Part shown: piece by piece, positions 12,401 to 24,043 of the stretch
How positions within the stretch are numbered: the first letter of the stretch is position 1
Layout: every line of letters begins with the position of its first letter
Source: Octopus sinensis
Taxonomy: Eukaryota
Direction of reading: 5' to 3'
DNA length: 64,000 nucleotides
NCBI RefSeq assembly: GCF_006345805.1
Contig: NC_043014.1
Coordinates: 8,246,001-8,310,000, forward strand
The notes under the pieces: model-generated
The model's input: only the letters and a program-made list of their open reading frames with translations
What the model was told of the DNA's origin: nothing
The model's database searches: none
Position numbers and translations under genes: made by a program

Positions 12401-12806
12401 GCCTTGTACCAAGAGAGTAGAAATAATTATTATTATTATTATTACACGTGGGACTCATTCTCATCATAGCAATCGTTCCAAGAGACAAATTCATTGCTTT
12501 ACGGTCAAAGGGAAGTAACTTTTGTAGTAAATTCGCTCCATCCGTTGAACGGGTGAAAAGCCGACGTCGTATCGTCTGCTTTGTTTAAGGACATTATTAT
12601 TCAATATAATCTTATACATTCAAAGCGATTTCGGTGGGATTTGAAAGAAATTTCCTTCTTTCTAGAAAAGCGAGGGGTACTACTTGAGAACAGTGGTCCC
12701 AGTGCGCGCACTCGCGTAGTAGCGCATCCGCGCTAAATACTCGTGACTAGTCGATCCTACTACGATTACGTAGCAAAGTAAATAAAACACAAAAACACAA
12801 AGTAAA

Positions 12807-13510
12807 GGATCTTTTTCCTTTTGAACGGCAGACAATTTCTAGTTAACTAAACACTTTAAAACTTCGTATACTGGTAGAATGTGTCAAAATAAAACATTTT
12901 TTTCTCTTGGCTTTCTTGAGAAAATTGTAATTTGTTTGTTTAACGTAGTTTAATTTTTCGAATTTTAACCAATCCTATGCTCTCTTTTGAGCTAAAATCA
13001 TTTGCTGTGTCTAAAACTGAGACAACATCCTGTAACTAACCCTAAACCTAACCCTAACTCTAATTTTTTTTCTTAATTACTCTTTACTCTTCTACTTGTT
13101 TCAGTCATTTGACTGTGGCCATGCTGCAGCACCGCCCTTAGTCGAGCAAATCGATCCCGGGACTTATTCTTTGTAAGCCTAGTACTTATTCTATCGGTCT
13201 CTTTTGCCGAACCGCTAAGTTACGGGGACGTAAACACACCAGCATCGGTTGTCAAGCGATGTTGGGGGGACAAACACAGACACACAAACATATATATATA
13301 TATACATACATATATATGACGGGCTTCTTTCAGTTTCCGTCTACCAAATCCACTCACAAGGCTTTGGTCGGCCCGAGGCTATAGTAGAAGACACTTGCCG
13401 AAGGTGCCACGCAATGGGACTGAACCCTGAACCATGTGGTCGGTTAGCAAGTTACTTACCACACAGCCACTCCTGCACCTAATTGTTAAGTTAATTTAAG
13501 GAAAAGATCC
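12807..13510. mobile_element. MITE family B (GGATCTTTT termini) nested in MITE A, with a SINE inside
   Basis: Ends ggatcttttt / aaaagatcc, flanked by direct repeat caaagtaaa; internal cctaac repeats. Confidence 0.7.
13078..13480 (-). mobile_element. SINE family A nested in MITE B
   Basis: Matches family consensus. Confidence 0.9.
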
Positions 13511-14059
13511 CAAAGTAAATAATTTTTTAAACAAAGTAAATAAAACAAAAACAAAGTAGGGATCGACTAGTCATGACTAGTTAGCGCGGATGCGCGACTA
13601 CGCGAGTGCGCGCACTGGGACCACTATTCTCAAGTAGTAACGAGCGAGGAACCACAAAGAGAATGAAAGAATGAACAAATATTTCTGAACTTCATGAGTG
13701 ATGGGCGGATGCCTTACATTCAACCATTTCTCTTCCTCTCACGCCGCAGTCCCGTCCGGCAGCTGTACATTTTATCACGGTCTCTATGCCGTCCGCTTTT
13801 TGTTATCAACAATGATGTAACATTCTTATAATACTGTTACAATTGTTTATCGATTGAAGTATAAATTTTATTCATCGATTCACTTTCTATCTATCAATTC
13901 TTCCAATAGTTTTAAAGTATCAAAGCTATAGTATACGAAAATATGAAAGGGAATAAAAGCCCATGCTGACAATGTCAACAGGCGTAAGCATGAATGATTG
14001 GTTCACTGCCCCAGTGACTAGGTTTCAGGTTTTGTCCTATTATAGGGTGCGTTAAGCAA

Positions 14060-14091
<32 letters not shown>

Positions 14092-14094
<3 letters not shown>

Positions 14095-14485
14095 CAGTAT
14101 CGCCCGGCGTTGCTCGGGTTTGTTTCGACCCTTTAGAATTGGAATTTTTGAAAAGTAAAAATCTTGTTGCATTATGTAGCTTGTTATTCTCTTTAAGTGA
14201 ACATTGTTCTGGTTGAAATACACCGAAAAATGGCGACACAGCAGTCAAAAAATTCTTTAAAAAATAGGGATTTTCATAGAAAAAAAGGCACCTTTTTGAT
14301 GTAAATAATTTTTGGCGTTAACAAGGTCCGATTTGAATTTTTTCTTCTACGGAAGGATGAGCAAGCCTTCTTCTATCATACTCTCAATTTTGGTGAACTT
14401 GCGCCGCAGGATCTCGGAGGAGATAGTGCTTGTTGAAGGCTACCAAACCTGCCATACACAGACAACTTCAGCTTTATATAGAGAT
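14092..14485. mobile_element. Helentron-associated (HINE/DINE-1-like) element
   Basis: Termini tagcagtatcgcccggcgttgctcggg and acagacaacttcagctttatatagagat, shared with the two copies below but with a different interior. Confidence 0.6.
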
Positions 14486-14493
14486 ATTTATGG

Positions 14494-15232
14494 TACTATT
14501 TAAGAAGAGTTGTCCCAGTGTGCACACCCGCACAAGCTAGTCGATCCTACAAAGACTCCCTATCCTATAACAAATGTTTTACAAATTCGGTTGAAAGTTA
14601 TTAAACAACGAAAAATAATTTACGTTGTTTAGAATAAAAATTTATTTACTTTGTTTTAAAAAAATCATTTACATTGTGTAAAAAATTATTTATTTTGTTT
14701 AAAAAAAACCCATCAAATTTATGATGGGAGTACTTAAAGTTTATTTACTTTGTGTAAAAAAATTAGAATCTTTTCGGTTTGAACGGCAGTTTGTTCTAGC
14801 AGTGTCATATGAAATTGTCACCCATAATTATGACCCTAGTATCGATCTATTGCATTTCAATCTGTTTTAGGGTTAGTTAGGGTGAGGGGAAGGGTATCTT
14901 TTTTTCTTCACAAATGTAAATAAACCCAATCTGTTTCTTAAACGAGGGACATATTCATACGGCACAGAATGTTTTTCACCTCAACAGACGTCATTGATTG
15001 GTTGAAATTGCAGAAATTGAAGAAAATAAAACAACAAATATCTTACAAACTATAGAATTTTCTCAATAAAGCCAAGAGAAAAAGATGTTTTATAAACACA
15101 TTCTACCAGTATACGAAGTTTAAAAGTGTTTAGTGACGTGGAAATTATTTTAAAAAACTGCCGTTCAAACAGAAAAGATCCAAAAATTATTTATTTATTC
15201 ATTTTGTTTAGAAAAAAACCCACCTAGCGCGG
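14494..15232. mobile_element. Second, diverged MITE family A copy
   Basis: tactatttaagaagagttgtcccagtgtgcacac...ctagtcgatcctac resembles the 12680 TIR; internal tttatttactttg subrepeats are in the opposite orientation; right end degenerate. Confidence 0.55.
14766..15181. mobile_element. MITE family B, complete copy
   Basis: TIR gaatcttttcggtttgaacggcagtt / aactgccgttcaaacagaaaagatcc; 8-bp direct repeat aaaaatta. Confidence 0.8.
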
Positions 15233-15468
15233 GCCATTCCTATTAACCTCTCCCAGTGTTCGATATTGCTCTACTGCAAAATATGTATACAATATCCAGT
15301 TTTATTTTGATAGATGGATCCAAAGGAAATCCGAGCGAAAAGAAAAAAGCATTTCAATCGATAAACAATTGTAACGATGTCACAAAACATAAACTCTTTT
15401 TCTTTTCATGTGAAAGCCGAAAGGACTCCGGAGTTATTTCCCTTTGACTATAGCATGAGAAATAGCAA

Positions 15469-15984
15469 ATCTATATATATAAAACTCTAGTTGTGTGAGT
15501 GTCTGTCCCTTTCGAATTAGATTCCTAACTCCTCCCACATTTTGCGGTGCAGTTTAACCAAATTCGGGTATCTTATAGTCGTGATTCATATCGAGCCCGT
15601 CTGACTATTAGCGCGCGTCAACGATGAGTCTACGATTTTAAAAATAATTTAACATCATTTTTTATTCCATTTTAATGCATAAAATGCATCGTATGTCGAT
15701 GGCGGCGGAGTTGGCGTCCACGCTCACAGCTGCACCTGTTTGCTTCTCCCCTTCTTCCCTCCCTCGTGAAGCTGTGGGGAAGGGAGTGTAAAGAAATCAA
15801 CGTCGTAAAGCGTTGTCAAGGAGACCAGCGTTCTTTTAGAACAACGACTTCATGGCTTGAAGACACCAAAACAGAAATGGCTAAGAAAGCCCAAATTGGC
15901 ATCTATAAAGGAAGTAACTCTCTAAAAATGCTTATATAGTTATTTCCCTTACAAACCCGAGCATCGCCGGGGGATACTGCTAGT
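15469..15984. mobile_element. Helentron-associated (HINE/DINE-1-like) element
   Basis: atctatatatataaaactctagttgtgtg ... cccgagcatcgccgggggatactgctagt; no TSD seen. Confidence 0.65.
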
Positions 15985-16079
15985 CTCTTATAAATCCCAT
16001 CAAAATCAATTTGAAACAGTAAAAACACATTGAATTATAATGCTCTTAATCAAAAAAGAAGAGGTGACTACGGTTGGAA

Positions 16080-16470
16080 TAGGCGCAGGAGTGGCTGTGT
16101 GGTAAGTAGCTTTTTTACCAACCACATGGTTCCGGGTTCAGTCCCACTGCATGACACCTGAGACAAGTGTCTTCTACTATAGCCTTGGACCAACCAAAGC
16201 CTTGTGAGTGGATTTGGTAGACGGAAACTGAAAGAAGCCTGTCGTATATATGTATATATATGCGTGTGTGTGTCTGTGTTTGTCCCCCCAGAATAGCTTG
16301 ACAACCGATGCTGGTGTGTTTATGTCCCCGTTACTTAGCGGTTCGGCAAAAGAAACCGATAGAATAAGTACTGGGCTTACAAAGAATAAGTCTCGGGGTC
16401 GATTTGCTTGGCTAAAGGCGGTGCTCCAGCATGGCCGCAGTCAAATGGCTGAAACAAGTAAAAGAAAGAA
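16080..16470 (+). mobile_element. SINE family A
   Basis: Matches family consensus. Confidence 0.9.
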
Positions 16471-16899
16471 TCAGAAATTTGTTTGCTCATAACTTCAATA
16501 GAGCCGAGTTCCTGCAGCAGTTACCTCCCTTCCACTGTAAATCTAGCAAAGAACTTCAGAAAGGCTGTGAATGAGGACAGCTTTGAACGAGAGACTTAAA
16601 ATTTGAATTTCAAAATATTTCTTTATTCTAATTTCTTTCTTTATTAATACTAAGAATATAACTTTATTATACACATCCTCAGCTTATATAAACCATATAA
16701 CAATATAACCTTAATACATTTGAAGAAACCGAGTTGTTACACGGATTATCACCCTTGCCCTATAAGTCAAAAACAGGTTGGAACGATGTGAATGGTGAGG
16801 ACCCCACAGCATTCTTTGATAAATAGCGTTCCAGTCGTAACCATCTAGTCTCCTATTCTTTTTCTCCCAAATACCGTGTACTCTTACACTACGTTATTC

Positions 16900-16932
<33 letters not shown>

Positions 16933-16936
16933 ATAT

Positions 16937-17431
16937 TGAAGACACACGTGGAAAGGCAGAGGAGGCTAAGCGACTTTCATTCTTGTTTTGAATCTGGCGG
17001 TACTACCATTAGCTAGAAGGAGTCATTCTAATGTTTTAGTACCTTCGGATTATTGCAGAAAATCCATACTGAAGAGGAATGTGGTTAGTAAAGTTTATAT
17101 TTTTGGATATTCTTTACTTAAATCCTGATTCCGAAACGCGCGTCTATGGATAATCGGATATTGATTGATTTTCGTTACGTTACCCTCTGCCTAGATGAAT
17201 AAGATTCAAGTATTAGGGTTTCTCTGGTAGACCCTTTTTTTAAGTAGAAGAAATGGCTTAGATTTTGGCTGCTATTTCTGAACTTCGGTATGTGGTGATG
17301 CATTTCTTTTGCTGACCCCTCAATATTAGTATTACTAGAATTTACCGTATAACGGTCCTGTTTGCATACCGAATTCTACTTGGTGAAATTTATTGAATAC
17401 TTCGTAATTAATTAGTTTTACCCTTAATTGC

Positions 17432-17432
<1 letters not shown>
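16937..17432 (+). mobile_element. ~500-bp hammerhead-bearing cassette in (TA)n (Penelope pLTR- or retrozyme-like)
   Basis: Non-coding unit bounded by (TA)n on both sides; contains the 17062-17151 ribozyme. Confidence 0.6.
17062..17151 (+). ncRNA. Minimal type I hammerhead ribozyme (canonical core)
   Basis: Stem I atccata/tatggat; core CTGAAGA 17069-75; stem II ggaat/attcc; GAAA 17133-36; palindromic stem III cgcgcg; cleavage triplet GTC ending at 17144. Confidence 0.85.
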
Positions 17433-17462
<30 letters not shown>

Positions 17463-17869
17463 TTTAAGCCTGGCATTTATTCCATCAATCTAGTTTTGCC
17501 AAACTGCTGAGTTACAGAAATGTAACTAAATTGATTGGAATGCAGTAGGAGTTCAAATACTTAAACGAAGTTCCGTACATCCACAAACATACATATACAC
17601 GCATACACGCTCAGGATTCCTCACAGTTTCCATCTACAAAATGCACACACAGAACATTGGTCAACTAGGCTTTATAACAGAAGACATTTAGCCGAGATAC
17701 CAAGCAGTAAGACTGAACCTGAGCCCTCGTGGTTGCAAAGTTAATCTCTTTTATATATATATAATTATTATTATTATTTGAGGGAATATAAATCCAAACT
17801 TACAGGGAAAAAAATTCAATTTAGAAATACTAAATCAAATTTCACACAATATAGTATATATATATATAT

Positions 17870-18340
17870 TATATATAAAACTGTAGTTGTGTGAGTGTCT
17901 GTCTCCTACGATTTAGATTCCTAACTCCTCCCACCTTTTGCGGTGCAGTTTAACCAAATTCGGGTATCTTATAGTCGTGATTAATATCGAGCCCGTCTGG
18001 CTATTAGCGCGCGTCTATTCCATTTTAATGCATAATTTTTCGTGTGTCGATGGCGGCGGAGTTGGCGTCCACGCTCAAACACCTGCACCTGTGTTTGCTT
18101 CTCCCCCTTCTTCCCTCCCTCGTGAAGCTGTGGGGAAGGGAGAGTAAGGAAATCAACGTCGTAAAGCGTTGTCAAGGAGACCAGCGTTCTTTTAGAACAA
18201 CGACTTCATGGCTTGAAGACACCAAAACAGAAATGGCTAAGAAAGCCCAAATTGGCATCTATAAGGGAAGTAACTCTCTAAAAATGCTTATATAGTTATT
18301 TCCCTTACAAACCCGAGCAACGCCGGGCGATACTGCTAGT
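17870..18340. mobile_element. Helentron-associated (HINE/DINE-1-like) element
   Basis: Close copy of 15469-15984 with a small internal deletion; explains the ORFs at 17938-18295. Confidence 0.65.
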
Positions 18341-18625
18341 ATATATATAAAATTAGGAAAAACAACCTTTTATAAATTCAAAATGAACAATTAAATCAAT
18401 GATTAAGTAAATTGCAAAAAAATATAAACGTAATAAAAACGTATATAATTGGTAGAATAACAATTATATACGTTTTTTTTTTGTTTTGCAATTTACTTAA
18501 TCATTGATATTTTATTGTTATTTTAATATTAATATTTCTATTATATGTAATTTTCTAGATGGTGTAATTTAATTGTTCGTTTTGAATTTATAAAAGGTGG
18601 GTTTTTTCTAATTTTTATATATATA
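18341..18625. mobile_element. Palindromic AT-rich foldback element in (TA)n
   Basis: Three nested inverted segments: outer tataaaattag..gaacaattaaat; middle 18395-18419/18484-18508; inner 18435-18451/18461-18477 around a 9-nt loop. Confidence 0.7.
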
Positions 18626-18639
18626 TATATATATATATA

Positions 18640-19052
18640 TCAAAAATTTATATAAAAAATTTAAGCGTTCACTTCCGAACTAACTAACTCGCTCTGTGAG
18701 AGCCTCAGTTCAAATCGCACGTGCCTCGAATGGGATGGAGTATTTCTATTTTGGATGTATTTGGGGTACTTAGTTGTGCCCGTGACTTAGTATTTGCTTC
18801 TTCCATGGATATGAGTAAGTATCTCATTTATTTCTTTTGCCACATGTATCACTGACGAAGAGAGGGCTCTTAGTAGCTAACTCTGAAATCGGTCCGATAT
18901 GGTAATAATGGAATTTTTTAGAAATGTCTGTTGACCTTTTTTCGAGTAGCGTGCATATTGTGAAAAACTTATATGGTTAATGGACAATATGTCCAATTTT
19001 TCGGCATATTTGGCATTAGAATATTTTTTCCTTTGCCCTCATTTATGAATTA
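18640..19052 (+). mobile_element. ~400-bp hammerhead-bearing cassette in (TA)n
   Basis: Bounded by (TA)n on both sides; contains the 18846-18900 motif; no visible similarity to the 16937 cassette. Confidence 0.5.
18846..18900 (+). ncRNA. Minimal type I hammerhead ribozyme (slightly mutated)
   Basis: Stem I gtatc/gatat with a mismatch at the core-proximal pair; CTGACGA 18852-58; stem II agag/ctct; GAAA 18885-88; tcgg then TC, a variant of the GAAACCGGTC form. Confidence 0.6.
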
Positions 19053-19161
19053 TATATATATATATATATATAAAATTTAGATTCAGATGAATATGGTACT
19101 TAAGTTGAGGCACCAGAATTCAGTATGGTATTATCCATGTAATTTAAAATAAGGCGATTAA

Positions 19162-19427
19162 AATCAAAATAAGCAACAAGGATATCCAGAGGTAATGCAG
19201 TATGATCGTTTCATGCAACTCAATTAATTGAAATGTTATGTTGTTGGTGAAACATATTCTTTATCTAATCCTCTTGGAGATTTTGGATAAAATTATACTA
19301 ATGTGTCCTTCAAATTTAATTAAATTCTATGTTTTTGTGCAGCTGAAGATTGCTCTACATTTTAAATTGATGTAATGAAACGATCATCCTGCATTACCTC
19401 TGGATATCCTTGTTGCTTATTTTGATT
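19162..19427. mobile_element. Element with 53-bp inverted arms overlapping a hammerhead motif
   Basis: 19162-19214 and 19375-19427 are inverted repeats with one mismatch; the right end abuts (TA)n. Confidence 0.6.
19337..19394 (+). ncRNA. Hammerhead ribozyme-like motif with non-canonical stem II junction
   Basis: Stem I gtgcag/ctgcat; CTGAAGA 19343-49; ttgc/gtaa stem II with an extra T before GAAA 19377-80; near-palindromic cgatca then TC. Confidence 0.5.
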
Positions 19428-19456
19428 ATATATATATATGTATATATATACATACA

Positions 19457-19506
<50 letters not shown>

Positions 19507-19644
19507 AGGTAAATGTAAACAAAAACACAAACTGGGACAAGAACGCAAAACATTTAGAAGATGATACAAAAAAACGGACGGGACATTCGAAGCCTTCGAT
19601 CTTCAGTCAAGAACCGGATCATCCTCGCAATTTCGGCTGATTAT

Positions 19645-19682
<38 letters not shown>

Positions 19683-20069
19683 ATATATATATATATATAT
19701 ATATCTATATATATATATATATATATATATACCGGAGTAAACACAAATGTGAAACAAGGTGGAAAAAGAGTACTCAAATACCAGTAATATATATTAAATA
19801 TATACAGAGAGAGAGAGAGAGAGAGATGTGATCACAAGTTCAAATCTCAGACAGAACAATGTGTGTGTTTATGAGCAAAACACTTAAGCTCCACGTGGCT
19901 CCGGCAGAAGGTAATGGCAAACCTCTGCGGACTCTTTCACAACAACTTTTCCTCACTCTTTCCACCTGCATTTAGCAGCTCACCTGTGACGGATCGGCAT
20001 TCCGTCCAGGTAGGGAGCCTATACGCCAATGAAACTGGGAAACCGGCTCAACGAGACCGAGCCGTGAAA

Positions 20070-21928
20070 ATTGAAAAGAAGGAACGCTTCAGTTATGAAT
20101 ACAAAATCGCGGCAAATGCCAGTAGCAATCCAAAAACCTTCTTTGCCCATGTCCAGCGGAATTCCCGCTTGAACAACCAGATTGCAACGTTGGTAGACTC
20201 AACAGGCGTATCGATTGAGGACCCTTATCAACAGAGTCAATTATTTGCCGAGGCTTTTCAACTATTTTCAAACAAGATGATGGTCGTGAACCCCCTCCAT
20301 TTGATAGATCGGTACCTCCAATGCTTCGATTGATCATCACGCGGGACCAAGTCAAACGTGTTATTCAAGGCCTCTCGATGTCAACAAGGGTCACGGCCCT
20401 GACGGCATACACCCACGGGTTATCAAAGCGTTGGCTCCGGTCATTTGCGAGCCCTTAACACGACTATTCAATATGTCATTGGCGACGGGTGTTATACCTG
20501 CAGACTGGAGACACAGCGATAATCTGCCCAATTTTCAAGAAAGGGAGCCGCGAAGACCCGCTTACTACCACCGGTTTCCCTTACATCAATAATCAGCAAG
20601 ATGTTCGAAACCATCCTTAAGAAAAGTATGATGCTCCACCTCCTAAACACAGCCTCGATCACTGATTCCCAACACGGCTTTGTTCCGAGAGATCATGCTT
20701 GACCAACTTACTAGTAATGGAAGAATTGGTGACGTGCATCCTCGATGATAGTGATGCTGTTGACATCGTTTTATTGGACTTTGCCAAGCTTTTGACTCGG
20801 TAAACCACCGCCTACTACTTGTCAAGCTTCAAGCATATAGTTTCCATCCGATATTGTACGATGGGTTGGTGCCTTCCTCTCAGATCGCTCCTTCCAAGTT
20901 CAAGTTAATGGTTTGCGGTCCGACGTCTCCAGTGCGAGCAGGGCGTGCCTCAAGGTTCAGTGCTTGGGCCCTTGTTGTTCTTAGTCTTCATAAATGACTT
21001 GCCCGACGACCTCACGCAACACAACCCTTCTATTTGCCGACGATATCAAACTGGTCGCTCCTCGCGTAGTATAGAGGATCTTCGTCGATGCCTCCACCAA
21101 ATTTGGAATGGTCTAACGATTGGGACCTGTGTCTGAACGTGTCAAAGTGCTGTCATCTGCCTGTCGGCTCTACTCTCCTGCAACTCAACTTGATTTCGAG
21201 CCGGGTCGTCTGCTGCTGGAGAGGACCGATCAGGTAAAGACCTGGGTATCTTGGTGGATTCCTCCTTTTCGCCTTCGGCCCAGTGCGTCCATGCTGCCAA
21301 CAAAGCGCGCAGAATTCTGTTTTTGATTCGACGGTCATTCGGAATGCTCACAGTAGCCATATTCCTGCCACTCTATGTCACGCTGGTGAGACCCATATTG
21401 GAGTATGGGATTCAAGCCTCTTCTCCTTATCTCCTCAAAGACATACAGCACCTCGAAAGAGTCCAGAGGCTGGCTACCCGCATGGTTCATGGTCTCAAAA
21501 ATTTGTCCTACGAAGAAAGGCTGAGGACGCTCGACCTTTGTTCTCTTGAAAAACGCCGCCGCCGTGGTGATCTCATTCTCCTCGCCCACAACATCATAAG
21601 CGGAAGTGTACCTCTCTCGAAAGAGCTGTTCTTCACTCCTGCTCCAGAGCGTCGGCTGCGGGGTCATTCCAAAAAGCTCTACCCTGCGACGATTTCATGT
21701 CAATCGAAGGAGAGGAGCTTTCTCTGTCCCGGGTTGCGGATCCGTGGAACAAGCTGCCAGACGAGATGGTGAAGATGCCGACGACCGCTTTGTTCAAAGC
21801 CTCCCTGGACCTCAAGTGGCCTGAACTCTTTACATGAACACCACCCTGTACTTAACGCCATGTCCCCCTACATGGCCTTGCTATTTGCTTTTGAGCCAAT
21901 TACTAACTAACTACTAACTAACTAACTA
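20070..21928 (+). mobile_element. CR1-type LINE, 5'-truncated and frameshifted, inserted into a family D SINE
   Basis: NPKTFFAHV, PQGSVLGPLLFLVFINDL, FADD (21033-44), LERVQRLATRM..LSYEERL; (taac)n tail; family D SINE halves at 19826-20065 and about 21929-21960. Confidence 0.92.
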
Positions 21929-21957
21929 GATATGGCTCGAGAAGGAACAAGCAACAA

Positions 21958-22375
21958 CTGGCAGACACACCCATAAATTATCAACCTCGCACAAACAATA
22001 ACTCTGAGCACCTCTTCAAACTCCACCCATCTAACACCCGTGGACATATTCAAAGTAAGAAAACAGCACAGCTCCCATGACTTCAGAAACATTTTTTTCA
22101 CGCTGAGAGTTGCTGAAGCGTGGAACAAACTGCCGGCATCAGTTGTTAGTTGTTGGAGCACTGCATCCTTCAAAACTTCCATGCTTCCTGAGATTCGCCA
22201 ACACTACACTTGATTTTCTCCCCTCCATACACACACAAGTATGTATCTGACTCATACACTGTTCACTTTCCAGACATTTGTACATTACTGCATGTACTTT
22301 ATATGCACTTTCTGACAAGTTGCGGTGCACCTGAGCACTGTATACTATAATTTCATTATTATTATTATTATTATA
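21958..22375 (+). mobile_element. Second CR1-type family, 3' end with (att)n tail
   Basis: Near-identical to 29055-29462. Confidence 0.85.
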
Positions 22376-22549
22376 GACAGACAGATCATAGACAAGTTCC
22401 ATATATTCTCTGTATAGAATACACTTTGTAGTGCTCAGGAGATTTAAACTTGAGCGGGTATTGAAGTAAATGTTAGCAAAAAGCAAGTTAGGCAGGTCAA
22501 TATAGAAAGTATATTAAATTTATGAAATACAAAAGAATGAATATATGTT

Positions 22550-22720
22550 TACAGGAGTGGCTGTGTGGTAAGTAGCTTGTTTACCAACCACATGGTTCCG
22601 GGTTCAGTCCCACTGCGTGGCACCTTGGGCAAGTGTCTTCTACTACAGCCTCGGGCCGACCAAAGCCTTGTGAGTGGATTTGGTAGACGGAAACTGAAAG
22701 AAGCCCGTCGTATTATATAT

Positions 22721-22764
<44 letters not shown>

Positions 22765-22995
22765 GCGTGTATATGTTTGTGTGTCTGTGTTTGTCCCCTT
22801 AGCATTGCTTGACAACCAATGCTGGTGTGTTTACGTCCCCGTTACTTAGGGGTTCGGCAAATGAGACCGATAGAATAAGTACTGGGCTTACAAAAGAATA
22901 AGTCCTGGGGTCGAGTTGCTCGACTAAAGGCGGTGCTCCAGCATGGCCGCAGTCAAATGACTGAAACAAGTAAAAGAGTAAAAGAGTAAAAGAGT
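22550..22995 (+). mobile_element. SINE family A
   Basis: Matches family consensus, (taaaagag)3 tail. Confidence 0.9.
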
Positions 22996-23167
22996 ATACA
23001 AAAAGGTCTGACTTATACAGAATAGAAACATTGGATTTGCAACACTCTTCAAAACCCCTTTTTGATTCTCAATACCATTTCTCTTCTGTGCAAGTCAGAC
23101 TTTTTTATATGTTGATATAAATACATTTTTTTAGTATTTCATGTATTTAACATACTTTAAATTCTTT

Positions 23168-24010
23168 TTTTCTTTTACTTGTTTCAGTCGTTTGACTGTG
23201 GCCATGCTGGGGCACTGCATTTAGTCGAGCAAATCGACCCCAGGACTTATTCTTTGTAAGATTAGTACTTATTCTATCGGTCTCTTTTGCTGAACCGCTA
23301 AGTTACAGGGATGTAAACACACCAATATAGGTTGTCAAGCGATGTTGGTGGGATAAACACACACACACACAAACATATACGCGCACACACATACATACAT
23401 TCATACATACATACATACATACATACATACCTACATACATATATATATACATACATATATATATATATATACATACATATATACATACATACATATATAC
23501 ACACATACATACATGCATACATACATACATACATACATATATACATACATACATATATACACACATACATACATGCATACATACATACATACATACATAC
23601 ACACACACACATACATACATACATACATACATACATACATGCATGCATACATACATATACCTACATACATACATACATACCTACATACATACATATATAC
23701 ATATATACATACATACATATATACACACATACATACATGCATACATACATACATACATACACACATACATACATACATACACACATACACACATACATAC
23801 ATATACACATACATACATACATGCATGCATACATACATACATACATACATATACACATACATATATACATACATATATACACACATACATACATGCATAC
23901 ATACATACATATACACATACATACATATATACACACATACATACATACATATATACATACATACATACATACATACATACATACACACTCACATACATAC
24001 ATATATACAC

Positions 24011-24043
<33 letters not shown>

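Larger units (their letters stand above)
12680..13637. mobile_element. TA-flanked MITE family A with ~57-bp GC-rich TIRs
   Basis: ctacttgagaacagtggtcccagtgcgcgcactcgcgtagtagcgcatccgcgctaa and its reverse complement at the right end (2 mismatches); TA at 12678-79 and 13638-39. Confidence 0.85.

Noticed and set aside
16600-16690. Minus-strand CTGAGGA with downstream GAAA motifs
   Set aside because: No stem II or stem I complementarity found.
19570-19645. Minus-strand CTGAAGA followed by a tcgaag/cttcga hairpin
   Set aside because: Lacks GAAA and a matching stem I/III.
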